The notes: generated by a model not told the origin, from the letters alone. DNA of 62,530 bases, filler included, from Catajapyx aquilonaris (GCA_000934665.2; 2 parts of 2 records of this genome joined end to end with filler, not necessarily neighbours in it); one strand, 5' to 3'; shown: positions 13,601 through 26,458, counted from the whole stretch's first letter. Numbers and translations: made by a program.

Positions 13601-14362
13601 TGCACAGGTGTGTCTTTGATCATATGCCGCATCTACACGAGGTGCTTGAACCTCTCGGAAATTCCAACCTTTGCCAGTGGGTAGTTAGTGGGAGACCCAA
13701 CCCAGCATGTATAGTCTCTCCTGGCTCTCCACCCAGCCTCCTCTCATTCCCCCCGGTAAGAATTTACGGCGGCGGATTTATAGCTGTCGGAAGCATTGGC
13801 TTCTTGCAGGATGGATAGATCCCAGGCTTTTATTGTCCTTATTTGGCTCGGAATCGAGCGAGTCCTGGCAATCGATTGGGAGGTGCCTAAGGGGGGTGGG
13901 CAGAGAGGGGGGGATATATTGTATATACTGTATATAGGAGAGTACTAGTGAATCGGCCTATAAGTTCTATAAGTGGCAGAAGGAGGGCAATAAAGGATCA
14001 ACCAGATGACGTCAGACCCAGTTCCATTTTCACTTGTGCATGTAGTTCCTCCTTGCCACCAGGCAATATTTCAGCTTTGCCCACTGCTCATTATGAGGGA
14101 GAGAGCGTGTCTTATTAATAATTACATGTGAATTCCGGATGCTTGGGGCTGACTTTTTTGTCCTTTTATTGTGATTGTGAAGCAGCGCGAGTGCGTACCT
14201 ATTTAGGCAGCATTCATAAACTTGCTGTAAGTCATTTAATTAATGCCGGCAGTATATTGTTGATGAATTCGGGCACTGAGTTGGAGCTATAATGTGGAGG
14301 ACGATCGGTGCTTTACTGTGGGTTCACATGTGGGGATTAACTAAATTCTGAGCGTATTTCTA

Positions 14363-15202
14363 TAAGGTTTATGCAAAAGTTCGTGCGGTTTTTTAGGAAA
14401 ATAACAAATCTGTAAAACTTTCTTGCAAAACATTCACTAATAAAATTCTTGACCATCACTTTCAATAACTCCTTGCCGACATCGGGGCAGCAGATGAATG
14501 CCCTGGTAGTATAAGTTTCTGGACTTGTCACAAAGAAGTCAACCACACATTTCTCGACATCAGTGAGATCGGCAAAGTGCTTGCCAGACAAAGCCATGTT
14601 GCATGGAACGAAACAGGTGGTAATCTGAAGAGGCAATGTCTGTCGAGTACGACATGTGTGCTGGTAGCACCTTCCATCTAAGTTCCAGCAACTTCTTTTT
14701 CGTCGCTTTCGCTACACGAGGCCGTGCGTTGCCATGGTGGAGAATGACTTACCGTTAATTATGCACTGTAGCGGTCTGTAGTCACCCTTTCACCTTGTTA
14801 CAACAGCTCATGGTATAGATGATGCCCTCCTGGTCTTGATCAACTGAAGCATTGGGGCGCCCGGACCTTTGCCGATCGGTGACATCAAAATTACCGTGTG
14901 TCAAAAGCGCAAACACTTTCCGACGCTATGTCTCGCAAAAATGCCACTTGGCTTGTGCTTCAGTTTTTCCCTGGTTAAAAAACAAGAGAAAACGGTCCCG
15001 AAGATGGATCTTGTCGGGATTCATCTCGAAATGAGGGCAAATCAGCGACTGATAGGGCAAATCTATATAAATAATCCTGACTGGACGCCTTGCACATGTT
15101 TGTTGAGTAACACCGACACCACAAAACAAATGCGAGTATCAAAATATCTAAAGTTATATAGTCCATGCAAAGTCAACCGCACGAACTTTTGCGTAGACCT
15201 AA
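14363..15202 (-). mobile_element. Internally deleted mariner (DD34D) transposon with transposase pseudogene
   Basis: 28-bp TIRs TAAGGTTTATGCAAAAGTTCGTGCGGTT / TTAGGTCTACGCAAAAGTTCGTGCGGTT (Hsmar1-like), with TA on both flanks. Minus-strand remnants run from the ATG at 15024: MNPDKIHLR...FDVTDRQRSGRP, then VILHHGNARP, KLLELRWKVL, SYSTDIASSDYHLFRSMQH and GKHFADLTDV. Frameshifts and stops are present. Confidence 0.9.
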
Positions 15203-16505
15203 TATTAACATGGATTGACGTCAGGGTTCCACTGGCGTTGCTAGAGAACTGCGGTATTTGTACCTACTTAGGCTGCAAAGCATGTGCGTGAATAATTCAA
15301 TATGGTACCTTGGGTAAGCTAAGTGTGCTGGCGCGAGGTTGCTACTTTAAGGTTGAAAACTCGTTACCCTAATCGTCCACCAGAGCTTCGGTGCGAAATA
15401 AACTGTTGGCCCATGATGATGATAATTCCTCTGCCTCTATGGTGTTCCTCGACTGCTGTGGTTTTCAGGCTTTTCTGTTTTGAGCCCGCTAATATGTAGG
15501 CAGAGAAAATACCTCACGGCGTGCCTACCCGCATGGAATTACATAATGCATGTAATACAGATGAGAGTGATGTAAAACTTACATCAGATGCCCAACTGCA
15601 GTATTTTTCTTGTACAGAATTAGCGATTCTGGATTTTTCCTCTGACGTTTTTCAAAATTCGCATCAGACCAGCTATGTAGATTCTTCACATTTTATCCCT
15701 TCAATTGCATGCGAATGAGATCTCAAAACAGAAATTGCCTCTCTGGTGCCGCTTGCAGGAAAACAGTTTTTGCCGGCGGCCAAAAGCGTGTTCATTCGCG
15801 GCAGCCTGCGGACACGAATGCTTTTGAAATGCACCAGGAACTATATATTTCAAAGAGCGACATTTTTTCTCTCTCTCTCTCTCTCTCGTCAAGTCCATCG
15901 CTTTCATTGCCCCGATTTCAACGGCAGCACTCCCATTGTCCTTTGAAGATAGTCGAAGCATCAAATAGTGGGTTTGCCACGTGTGGACAACATAAAAGGA
16001 ATCCTAGGTTGAACTGTCGGCTACCAAAAGGACCGTATTGTGTACGTACCACAATTGAAAATAATGACGTGGAGGAAAAGGTGTTTGGGAGAAGAAACTG
16101 ACCAATTTTTTTTTTGAAGCGCTTCCTCATATTGTGCGTGTCCTTTCATCCAACTTCAAATGAGTTCTGATGTAGAAGCGCAGAAACGTTATTGAAGGTG
16201 GAATTGCATGTTACGTAACGTGGAGAGATGCTCATGTAACAACCGTCTTTCATGTCACATTATGACAGATTTTTCATATCTTTCTTAGCAGTGGTGATGA
16301 GTGGTGTCATACCCTGATGGCCATAGTAGTGTGGGAGGCATTCTCAGGAACGTTCTCTTACCTGAGAAATCTTAAGGTCCAGATTAGTTGGCAACGAAGG
16401 GCGCATCTTAATGAGTCTCCGCAAAGGGGGCTCAGACGTAATGCCAAATTCTCAAACCCGAAGCCGCATATTTACTCGGGGGCTCTTCTCCTCCTTCCCC
16501 TCCCT

Positions 16506-16535
16506 TCCTCCTCCTCCTCCTCCTCCTCCTCCTCC
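16506..16535. repeat. (CCT)n microsatellite
   Basis: Tandem CCT run; it produces the spurious poly-Pro and poly-Ser ORFs here. Confidence 0.9.
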
Positions 16536-17130
16536 CCCGTTTGATGAATGGCTCCCTAGGGCCAAACCGCCGGGATTCCCAAGCCCTTACTCCTCCATGC
16601 CAACATACACACCCGGGCCTCCAATCTAATTTCCCACCCCCGCCACCCCTGAAAAGACGGCTTCCCCGTAAATTACCGCCATTTTTGCTACAAACAAGAT
16701 TCGGCCTGGGGGTGGGGGGGGGGGGCTATGAAAGCTCACTTCTCGACGTAGTAAACATACGGGGGGAATATTCTCCTGCCGTAATTTACATACCGAATGT
16801 GAGGGAGGGTGAACCTATTTCCTTCGGCGAGAGCGTTTTAGCAAATATGCCGGATTGCCATAACGCATCACGTGCTGATCTAGGGTGTAAACACAGCTCA
16901 GCTATAGTTTGGCAACCCCAAGTCCTCGAGCTCCGACTGTACCAGTGTACCTGTGGTGTCGTATCAACTTTAACTACAGTAGACGGCAGTGTAATGAGAA
17001 ATTGTGTGGCAAATTATTTGAAAACGACGGTCTGGAGCAGCCCTCTGACACTCCTCCCCCAGCCTTATTCAGGCCCCGTGAGTTTAGTTCTTCCCACCTG
17101 CAGGAAAGGGGGGGGGGGGGGTNAAGGGGG

Positions 17131-17186
17131 GTGTTGCCACACACTTGGACACTACCCCAGCGCCGAAGCGGCAACCTCACTCCTTA
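17131..17186. repeat. Dispersed repeat of about 53 bp, copy 1 (inverted relative to 20327-20379)
   Basis: Its reverse complement GGAGTGAGGTTGCCGCTTCGGCGCTGGGGTAGTGTCCAAGTGTGTGGC matches GGAGTGGGGTTGCCGTTTCGGCGCTGGTGTAGTTGCCAAGTGTGTGGC at 20327. Confidence 0.75.
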
Positions 17187-20100
17187 CGGGTGGGAACTGA
17201 TAATGGCACGCGATTAGAGGGGGAGTTTCTAGACCTGTATATTGTATAACCTCGTACCATGGTCGGGAAACATGGTACCGTACTGGGCGACTGGTTTCTG
17301 GAAGTTGGGAAAGAAATCCCTAGGTGGCGTACTCTGCTCCTTCCCAAATTTTATTCCTGCACGATATGACGGAGGAGAATTAATATATAGGACCTTGATA
17401 ATATTTGTGCTTTTGTAGGAACTAAGCAGCGGTTGGGAGTTACACTGTGCCTGTTCACTGAGGCAAAATGTACTGTAGGAAAACAGGGTACTTTGCTCAA
17501 GGAACTGGCTTTACGATATGGAGCAAGGGCTCAAAACGGGTCAAGAGTGGGTCGGAGATGTTCGGGCTTAATTATAGGCGCATCTCCTTGCAACGCATAC
17601 AAAACCAGCTTCCCTCCTGGAATGCAATAGACGTAAATGTAGTCGTACTATCGTATTTGCTAATGGAGAAGTTTAGCTTGCGGGTGGGCGAAAATTGTGT
17701 GGTTTTGCCTTTTGCTTCTCTTTTCTGCGGTATATCTATGGTGAAGCAGCTCATGTTAGGACGCACCTGTTGTCTTCCTGGGATACATCCCTTTTGTGCA
17801 GCCGACCCAATCATCGAGCTGCAGAAATGTTATACGCCCTGTTACCTTAGCAACCTGCTGCTTGTTCTCATTCTCCTAATCTCCACCTCACATCTATACT
17901 CTTTCTGCTGTAAACACGGCCCACGCACCAAAATACAAAAGGATTCGCTTCGGAGGAAAATTTTCCAGGAATTTCAGTGTGATATGTCGTTCGTCTATAA
18001 TGTAGACCCATTAGGCTATATCGGTGCTTTCAATCAGTTTGACTCTGATGTCTCTTGAGTCAACATGCTCTCAGCCTGTGTTATATGGAACAGGAAACAA
18101 TGGATATCAAAACATGTTATTTCTGGAACCTCGCCACTAATCAGATTTGTAAGAATTTAATTGCGTTCTTAGGTGAAGCACTTAGGGACACAATTACGCA
18201 GCCGACTTTCAACCAGGATATCTGGCTCGATATAGCCTGTGCACTTTAAATTCATGTGTGACCTTTTGCCGATTCAACTTCGTACAGCAACTGAAAAGCG
18301 TATATTCTGGAGGAAATGACGCAGTTTTAATTAGAGGTTTGTCGAAGGCATTTATATCTCGTATATGGAGGGACAAAATTTTGCCACAAATGTCTGTCGT
18401 CGGCACAACTTATCGCGAATTTTAAAATTGAGTTATCGCCAATTGGTCAGAAAAAAACATCGGTGGCGGTGGCAGAGTAGTACCTCTAGTTTTACTGTAA
18501 ATGAAGAAATTATATTGGAAGGAATATGATGAGGTAGACCGAATCTTACTTTATAGAAGCAGTAATTCACGCAGCAGTTGAAAAGAACTGGAATCTTCTC
18601 GACCGCTAAAAAACCCGGATATATCCAGGGGTGCAGGAATTTTTTAGTGATATACTTATTAGGCGCGATTCCTCTCCCAGAGCACGGTAATAAGGAAAGT
18701 TCCCGAATGGGCGCATTCGGGCTCGTAAGTGCTGTCGTCTAATTACCGTATTAGGGAACACTGGCAGAGATGTTACCAGTAACGGCTTATTAATACCACG
18801 CGCCCTCAAGTGAACGGGCCGTATAAAACAGTGCTTCAAAAGTGAGTATGCACTTGGGCTGGATTTTGTCTATGGTCTTATGAAACTGCAAGGTGCCTTT
18901 ATAAATTATATCCACAAAGTAGCTAACCCTCATTTCAGACTTGCTGAACTGCACACATTTTGATATCACACACACAGATTGTGACTCCCCTCACACACTA
19001 GAGGGCAGTGGCGTAGTCTGGGACTCTGGGTGTAGACCTGGTGGGGATGGCTCTTTTGTATGGAGAGTTGTGGGACGGCCTGGCTCAGGGGCCGGTCGTA
19101 ATAATGGATTGCTCCAAACCAGTTGTATTATTGCACCACGACCCTGAGAGACATTGCGGGGTCAGGAGGGATGATCTGAGGAGGTTACCCCTCACAAGAT
19201 CTGAAATGTGCGGTCCTATAATGAGACATTATGGATTTTACCAGCACTGTTTTTGTAATAATTTAAAAGCAAAATGTTAAAAATGAGTTGTTGAGGTCCA
19301 GTTTGAAAGTCAGTTAAATACATACACTTTCTGACTCGAACAAGGGCAAAGAAGGGATGCGATTGGATTTAGACTGCAAATAGAGAGTCCAGTTGACTCA
19401 GTGTCGTTCACACTTTCTGTCCACCTCAAGATGAAAATAATGATACCCAGGAAAAGGTGTGGGCGCCAGGACCCGAAACCGCATTTCCTGGACATTCAAA
19501 GGGGAAACCCAATTTTCAAGAGGTTAAGAAGGTGTCCCTAGCGGGAAATATCCTACGACGAGCAATCTCACCTTCAGTTCCGTGACGTCATTCAAAAAGG
19601 GGGGGCGGGGGGGGGGTCTCGAATCATGAGGAAACGGGGCTCATTCTGAACCCTTTATACCGGAATGTACGTCCAAGCTGCGACCTCGTTAGGGAGGTTA
19701 TGGCCGATTTTTTTCCCTACTCAACCTCCTTTTTCTTTGGTTGCAGATTAATACGGATATCTTCAGGAGGTTGATGTAGTTGCCTCCAGGGGGAAGAAGG
19801 AGAGGGGAAAAAAGTTGCAGCTCCCTATAGCTCCTAACGAGGAAATGCTTTCAAAAATCAGAGGGAGCTTAAGTTATGTGCTTAGTAACCAGGGCGTCTA
19901 CTTTGCATTCGGAGCATTCGAAGGCTGTGATGCTGCATTTAGATGAGGTGGACCATTGTGTCTGTGCTCTTCTTGATCCCGCACAAATGGGCTTCTTATT
20001 CGTTTTGGATGCTAAGGACGACAAGTTTGAAATGGGGAAGTTGGTGAAAAGGATGGCGCTTGAAATAACCAAGCGCCAAAGTGTATTCAAAACAGGATAC

Positions 20101-20326
20101 TGAGGATAAGCTATGTTGATCACGGAGATGAGAGTTATACGCTGCGCGGGATTAGATTGCCTCCAAATAAGTTGGTTCAGATTTTTTGTGTGTGTAAGGA
20201 CAAGGATAAACCTGTGGTGCAAATCGAGGACTTTATAAGACATGGGGATGGTTCTGAACAGGCCCCTGCAACTCCTACCCCTACCTTATGGAGACCCCTG
20301 TGAGCTTACTTGCTGGCCCAGTATAG

Positions 20327-20379
20327 GGAGTGGGGTTGCCGTTTCGGCGCTGGTGTAGTTGCCAAGTGTGTGGCGATCC
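20327..20379. repeat. Dispersed repeat of about 53 bp, copy 2
   Basis: Inverted match to 17131-17186. Confidence 0.75.
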
Positions 20380-21659
20380 TGGCGGCGGACGAAGCCTCCC
20401 AAAGCGTCAATTGAAACACCCCCCAATTGAAACCCCCAATTTCTTCAGTATTAAAAGACTTAATAATTGTGCAGTTTTAATAAAATCAGCCACAAAAAAT
20501 TCCCGAGTTTTGCTAGATCCTATCCAAATGTCTGACGCAGTGGGTGCACTTCCGAATCGTAATTGTAATGTACTGAGTGCCATATTTGCTTTTTGGGGCC
20601 GGTTTGATTAATCGGTCAATTTTGAGNGTAATTTTTGGGGGGGGGGGGGGGGGCAGAAGTGAGGCCATGCTTTTTTGCCCGCTTTGCCATTCCGCTCTGT
20701 AAATGCATACAAATACACATGAAAGTCTCCAATTATGGTGTAATTACCGACCGCTCATCTATCAAATGTCATTAGCAATTAATTGGAGGTTTTAATTGAT
20801 TCCGGGCTGGAATATTTTGGGCAGGGCCCCCCGTGCAAGGGGACCTCCTGGGCTGGTAAATCTGCACTCCAAAGTCGGTGCCTGGATTATTGCAAAATTG
20901 AAAATTTGAGCTCGCTTCGGAGGATGTTGGGCCAGAAACTGGAGAAGCAAAGTGACGTTGGTGAAACGCAAGTTATTTTGAGGGGGGAAGGTGAGATAGG
21001 TGGGGGTTCGGAGCGAACTTGCTTCTTCGATGTCAATCACTATACAGCCCCTTCTTGGCGCAATTTTTCTTCGAGATCAGGGCCTTTTCCACCCCCCGAG
21101 CCAGGAGTTACCAAGTCGATTTCATCCTTTCCAAACTTTTCCTTACCCGGGGAAAAAATAAGTTTTCGCTTGTCCTTTCCCCCAGCGAGTTGGGAGCAAT
21201 TTTGGCTGCGAAGTGACTGCACTGTTTTATGAATAGGGTAGCCGGGCGCAACTTGCAGGTGTAATGCACTTTTCAAAACTTTATTGGGAAATAAAGTTGC
21301 GAAACTAAGCTGATTCTTACGCCAGTACAAAGTGCGCCTGAAAAGCACGATGACATCATGGAGATGGCCGGAATACTGCTTGGAAGTCGTTTGTGACTTT
21401 AGATGGAAAAGTGGAACTTAGTTTTGCCTAGTTAGATACCCAACCGAGGAATCTGGATTTGAAAATCACAATGATGCAATTTTTTCCAAATTCATATAGC
21501 CCCAGGAAAGGGTTAGGAGCAGTACATAATCTTCGCATAATTGCAATATGTTATAAAATTCTCAATTTTTGAGTAGCATATTGTGAAATGGCAAGGTTTA
21601 TCAAAAAATGCTAAGAATAAATTATATGGGCAATTGCATAGCAAACATTTTTTGTTTAA

Positions 21660-22116
21660 AGGGACACTCCACTCAAAATACAAGTTGGCCCCCAAAAATC
21701 GGGGGGAAAAATACGATTCCAACGACACCAATAATTATTTTTTTCCGATGAACGATGACCCCAGGGGAACCGGATCATTATGCGTATTTTGGCGATACGG
21801 TTGCAACCGTATGCTGCTGTTCACGACACCCTCGCCGCCTGTCGGCAGGAATGGGAAATGGAGCAGGCACAGCTCACAGTAAACACCTGCCGCGCCAGGA
21901 GTGCCTGCTCCAGTTCCGCCCGGTTCCACTCTGGTGGCGATCGTCAGGCGCCGCCACGTGCGCCCACCTGCCCCGCGCGCGGTTTTCGAACGACACACTT
22001 CCAGCTTTCACACTGGCCTTACCGTTCGTCTCTAAGAAAAACTGCTTATACCCTCGGAATCAGGATTTTTTGCCCGATTTTTAGAACCCAACGTGTATTT
22101 TGAGTGGAGTGTCCCT
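21660..22116. mobile_element. Kolobok-like non-autonomous DNA transposon
   Basis: TIR AGGGACACTCCACTCAAAATAC is exact at both ends and extends imperfectly to about 50 bp. The left flank is TTAA (21656-21659); the right flank has decayed to TTTT. A purine-initial TIR with a TTAA target is typical of Kolobok. Confidence 0.7.
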
Positions 22117-22170
22117 TTTTGGGGGGAAAGATTCGGCATCTCCAGCACCTACGGGAAAAGATTGCATATA

Positions 22171-22905
22171 CAGGGTGTCCCTAAATGATTGTCAACATTT
22201 GAAAGTTGCTTAATTTCTATTAGTTGCGGTGTGCAATGGCAAGACAGACATAGAATGAAAGAGCACATTTGGGAGTTTTTATTGCATACACTAGAAGTGC
22301 TCAATATGAGCACCTTTCGTCACACGACATGATATAGTCTAATTCTCTACACAGGCCAGCATGTCTGATGTGATTGATTCCACAGCAGCAACAATCCTGC
22401 GTTTCAACTCACACAGGCTGGTAGGTAGCCGTGGTACGAAGACCTGGTCCTTTACATATACCCCGAGGGGAAAAAGTCACATGGGGTGAGGTCGGGAGAC
22501 CTTGGCGGCCACTGGAGAAAACCCAGATCTTGCTGACCCTCATGCCCGATCCGCCAATCCTTGCCCTTGCAAAGGCATCCCGTCGTCTGAAACTTCCGGA
22601 ACCACCGTTGAATTATTGTAGGGAGGGGCGTAACGTCCTCCGTACTGTCGCCGTAAGGCCTGCTAAGCAGTAACTACCGAACCCAGCTTTGCAAACTGCA
22701 GGACACGGAATGTTTTCTGTTCGGGAGACACCATTTTGTGGAATGGCCCTGTGTGCCTCGCGGCAAAGTGCGGAACCAACTTTTCTGTGTGCAATAAAAA
22801 CTCCCAAATGTGCTCTTTCGTTCTATGTCTGTCTTGTCATTGCACACCGCATCTAATAGAAATTAAGCACCTTTCAAAAGTTGACAATCATTTAGGAACA
22901 CCCTG
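22171..22905 (-). mobile_element. Internally deleted long-TIR Tc1/mariner-superfamily element (DUF4817-type HTH transposase pseudogene)
   Basis: TIRs of about 120 bp start CAGGGTGT (22171-22290 / 22786-22905), with TA on the left. The minus strand from the ATG at 22734 reads MVSPEQKTFRVLQFAK...QRWFRKFQTTGCLCKGK, joined to WPPRSPDLTPCDFF...YVKDQVFVP...CRVTKGAHIEHF* (stop 22291-22293). Stops and frameshifts are present. Confidence 0.9.
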
Positions 22906-22954
22906 AATATGTAACGCCAGACATGTCTGGGCGGGTTATGCACGATACCGATTA

Positions 22955-23123
22955 CCGTATTTACATTTTTCGAGCGACACACGGAGCTTATATCGAAACA
23001 AACTATGGTAAGACCAAAACTTAAGACATTTCTTAACACTTCAAAACTTAAATAATTAAGATATCTCTACAAGTTTTCGAGTTATAGGGTTTTAAAAGGG
23101 GGCTTTCTTTTTCGATCACCCTG
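22955..23123. mobile_element. Truncated right end of a CAGGGTG-family MITE
   Basis: Ends TTCGATCACCCTG then TA, identical to the terminus at 30431-30445. No matching left end was found and the left boundary is approximate. Confidence 0.5.
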
Positions 23124-25791
23124 TATTTGCGACGGGCCTCGTGCAGTGTTATTCCGGGGGGAAGCGCATTGAAATTCTTGTCATCCACGTGCCACCTTTT
23201 TAATCAAATTTTCTAGGGGGGGGGGGTAACTAATTGCGAAGTTACATTTTGGCACCCTTTATAGACAATTACTAATTTCTAACGGAAAGTGCCATTCGAT
23301 GAAAAGTAGATGTTTTATTTAACAGGCTTCTTATAATAATATTATGTAAGGTCTCAAATTCACACATTTTAGAGCCAATGCGCTATTTTACGTGGTTGTA
23401 ATAAAAACGGAGTACTAAGTATGATCCTGGAGCGGCCTCGAAATAATCTTTGCGACTGGTAGCTATATCACCAGCTAAATGGCAGTTAGCCCGCATATTT
23501 TTTGCATGTCCAAATAGCTGGTGACGGCAACCACCACGCAATAATCAACCGAATGAAAATTTTCTCCGCGCATAAATTCGCAGGTGGCCTATCATCGGGC
23601 TATTGGATTTATTGACGCATTTAACAGGTTATTGGAGTCCAATTGATGTGTATGCTGGGTCCCCCGATCGGATCCAAACCCTGCCGCCATATCAACCGTA
23701 ATCAACATGCAGTCCGGTTTATTCCTTTAGAGAGTGGTGGGTCGTGGCCAGCCTGGGCTCTTCATTAGGATATGCAAATCAGCTGGGCCCTGCACTGATA
23801 AACACTTTGAGCGGGCAGGGGCATAATCCTGGCGGCAGCTTGAAATAATAAGTCGTAATGGATTCGGAATGGAGAGAGATTATGTCCCCTAGGGGCTTGA
23901 CAGTTCATTTAAAGGGTGAGGTGGGGGGTGTCAGTCGGACCCTGTCAAATGCACTATGAAGTCGTCATGGGAACAGCTACAGGATTAAGGAGATTTTGGG
24001 TCTGGTCATTTCGCAGTACATAAGAGGGGATTGGGTCCAAGTGGGAGCTACTTTCAGGAAAGCCGTTCATGCGAGGAGCCAAGCCGAGTTTTTGCACCTC
24101 GGGCCACTTTTCTCACCTTGGATTGGCGAATCTGGAATTTACGACGCAAGATTTTAGGTTGGATAAGTGGGCGCCTTTTATTCTGCACATGTTTGGCCTG
24201 GGGCTGGGTCTGGTTGTTTTCACAGGTTTTACCAAAAGGGCCCTTTTTACATGTTGGGCTACTTGGTATATTGCCATTGAAATATGCGCGAATTTTGCTC
24301 GCAGTCATGTTGGAATTAACTTGTGGATTACGTTATCAAGCAGATTAGACATCATTCCTTTCAATGTAGGCAGTAAAGCGTGAACAGGGACAGACTTCAC
24401 CAAGGGCAAGTGCTGATGGTTGCATAGCGTCAGGATACATTTTGTAAAATGACATGTAGCACCAAGTAACCCAACGAACTTTCGGAGACTATTGATTAGA
24501 CTTGATGGTGCGTCACTATACCTGTGTAGTGATTCAGAAGGTGAGCAAAATTGGGGGCTGTGTGAATGAAAATTTTAAACCTCTGAAAAAGACATGTTGT
24601 CCCGGTTCGCCCGGCCCGGCATGCTCCGAGGCAATATACGGTAGTGAAAGCGTGCAATATTAACGGCCTATAACTGCAAGTTCATGTGCAGGGCTCCCGG
24701 GGAATGACGTCACGTATACCCGGGCCTGTACGCAAGGTCATTGGGATTAGAAGCCTGGAAAAAATAAGAAAATTTTCTCCATAGGAAGACCCTCGAGGAC
24801 TTATCCCATCATCCTCTTTTCAACCAAAAAGTTGTGTGAAGGCATGGCTTACCCCCGGGATTAATTTAATACGAGACGGGGGTCCCTTTTGAGCGACACC
24901 TATAATGCGAGGCTGTCCTAGATCGTGAGTCATGACCACTTTTCTACGTGGATATATTATGCTGCCAAATCATCCCGTAGAGAAACTGTGACAAGAATGG
25001 ACATGGGGGACAGGTCCGGGTCATTGTCGTCCAGATGGTGTTGATTCAGTGGGTCACGATTTGTTTGTGCTCCTTTCAGTATACCCTGTCGCATATGTCA
25101 CGATAAAAGAAATGCCAAAACATGACTTCTGGTGATATGTATCAGGTACTGTACAGTACACGTGCCTTTTATTTATTCACGGGATCTATGCAGCTCAGCT
25201 CGCGGTGAATGTGGAGATGTGGTGGAGAAGACTCGCGAGGGTTTAGTCTAGATGTCTGTGATGTCTGTGATGTCCTTTGATCTGTCAGTCGCCGTCACAT
25301 TGAATTGCCTCCGCTTGGACAGACTTACCACACATTATTCCTGAAGTAGTATTTCTGTCATTTTGTCTTTATCGTGTAATCAGGGTTCTAAATATTATAC
25401 TGGCCAACTTTCAATCTTCTGATGGAGTGTCTTTGTGTCCTACTTTACATTCTGTACCACATGTGAGGAGGTGGCCGCCAAAAGAGACTATCTTGGATTT
25501 TTGTCGTTTTTGTGTTAACACCACCATTAAAATCTTCAAGTAAAGGCGCACCTAATGAGCCAAAGAGCCAGATCGAAATGAGTTTTCTTGAGGCCACAAC
25601 AAGAGGAGGAAATCACCCAAAGACGACTGTCTTCGTCAAACGTGATCAGCCAAAGTCGGCAATTTTCGCCCGATTATATTTTAATATTGCATCGTTCCAG
25701 ATGGAGCACTATGTGGTTTTTTTATACGGGTTTCCTCGCAAATGCATTTCTGCCAATGACAGTGACACTGTGGTGAGGGGTAGGAGCAGTA

Positions 25792-26458
25792 CACTATACG
25801 CCCGATTATCCGGGTGCGGGTTATCCGTGAATCGCCAAAAACAAGTTAAAATTGAGTCCGAAAGAATGTCGATATACACTGTACTCCCGATTATCCGGCC
25901 TAATGACTGCACGTGTGCCGCCGGATAATCGTCATAGATACCCGCGTCAAAATAAGCTATTTTTATACTGTATTCGCCTGTTTTTCATGTACTACTGTAT
26001 GTATACACCTATAGTATGTAAGTTATGCTGTTTTAACTCATCAAAGTGATGAAATTTACCGTAGATTTTTAATTTGGGTTCTAGATAAAGTCTGTTATAT
26101 CTCTTCGTTTGCAAGATATATTGACATTGTTTCGGACATTCATTTTTATTTTTATTTTTTGGCGATACACGGATAATCCGCATTTTCCTCACCCGGATAA
26201 TCGGGAGTACAGTGTATGTCACAGACAAAGAAATATAACAGACTTTATTCAGAAGACCAACTAAAAATCTGTGGTAAGATTTTATTGTGATTCGACTTAA
26301 TTAAAGCAGCGTGCACTATACGTATATGTTCCTGAAAAATCTTCGAATGGCTCATTTTATGGTATTCTATATAGGACCATTTAGGATTATTCGTGTTTTC
26401 CGATTATCCGGGCACACCCGTATATTCATTAGCACGGATAATAATCGGGAGTACAGTG
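25792..26458. mobile_element. Two interleaved pogo/Tigger-like MITEs
   Basis: Four termini of type CACTGTACTCCCGATTATCCG: forward at 25792 and 25877, reverse ending at 26214 and 26458. Three have a TA flank. Internal GATTATCCG/CGGATAATC subrepeats are present. Confidence 0.75.

Noticed and set aside
16317..17217. Pro/Ser/Gly-rich ORFs up to 219 aa
   Set aside because: Driven by (CCT)n and poly-G tracts, include an N, and show no coding signature.
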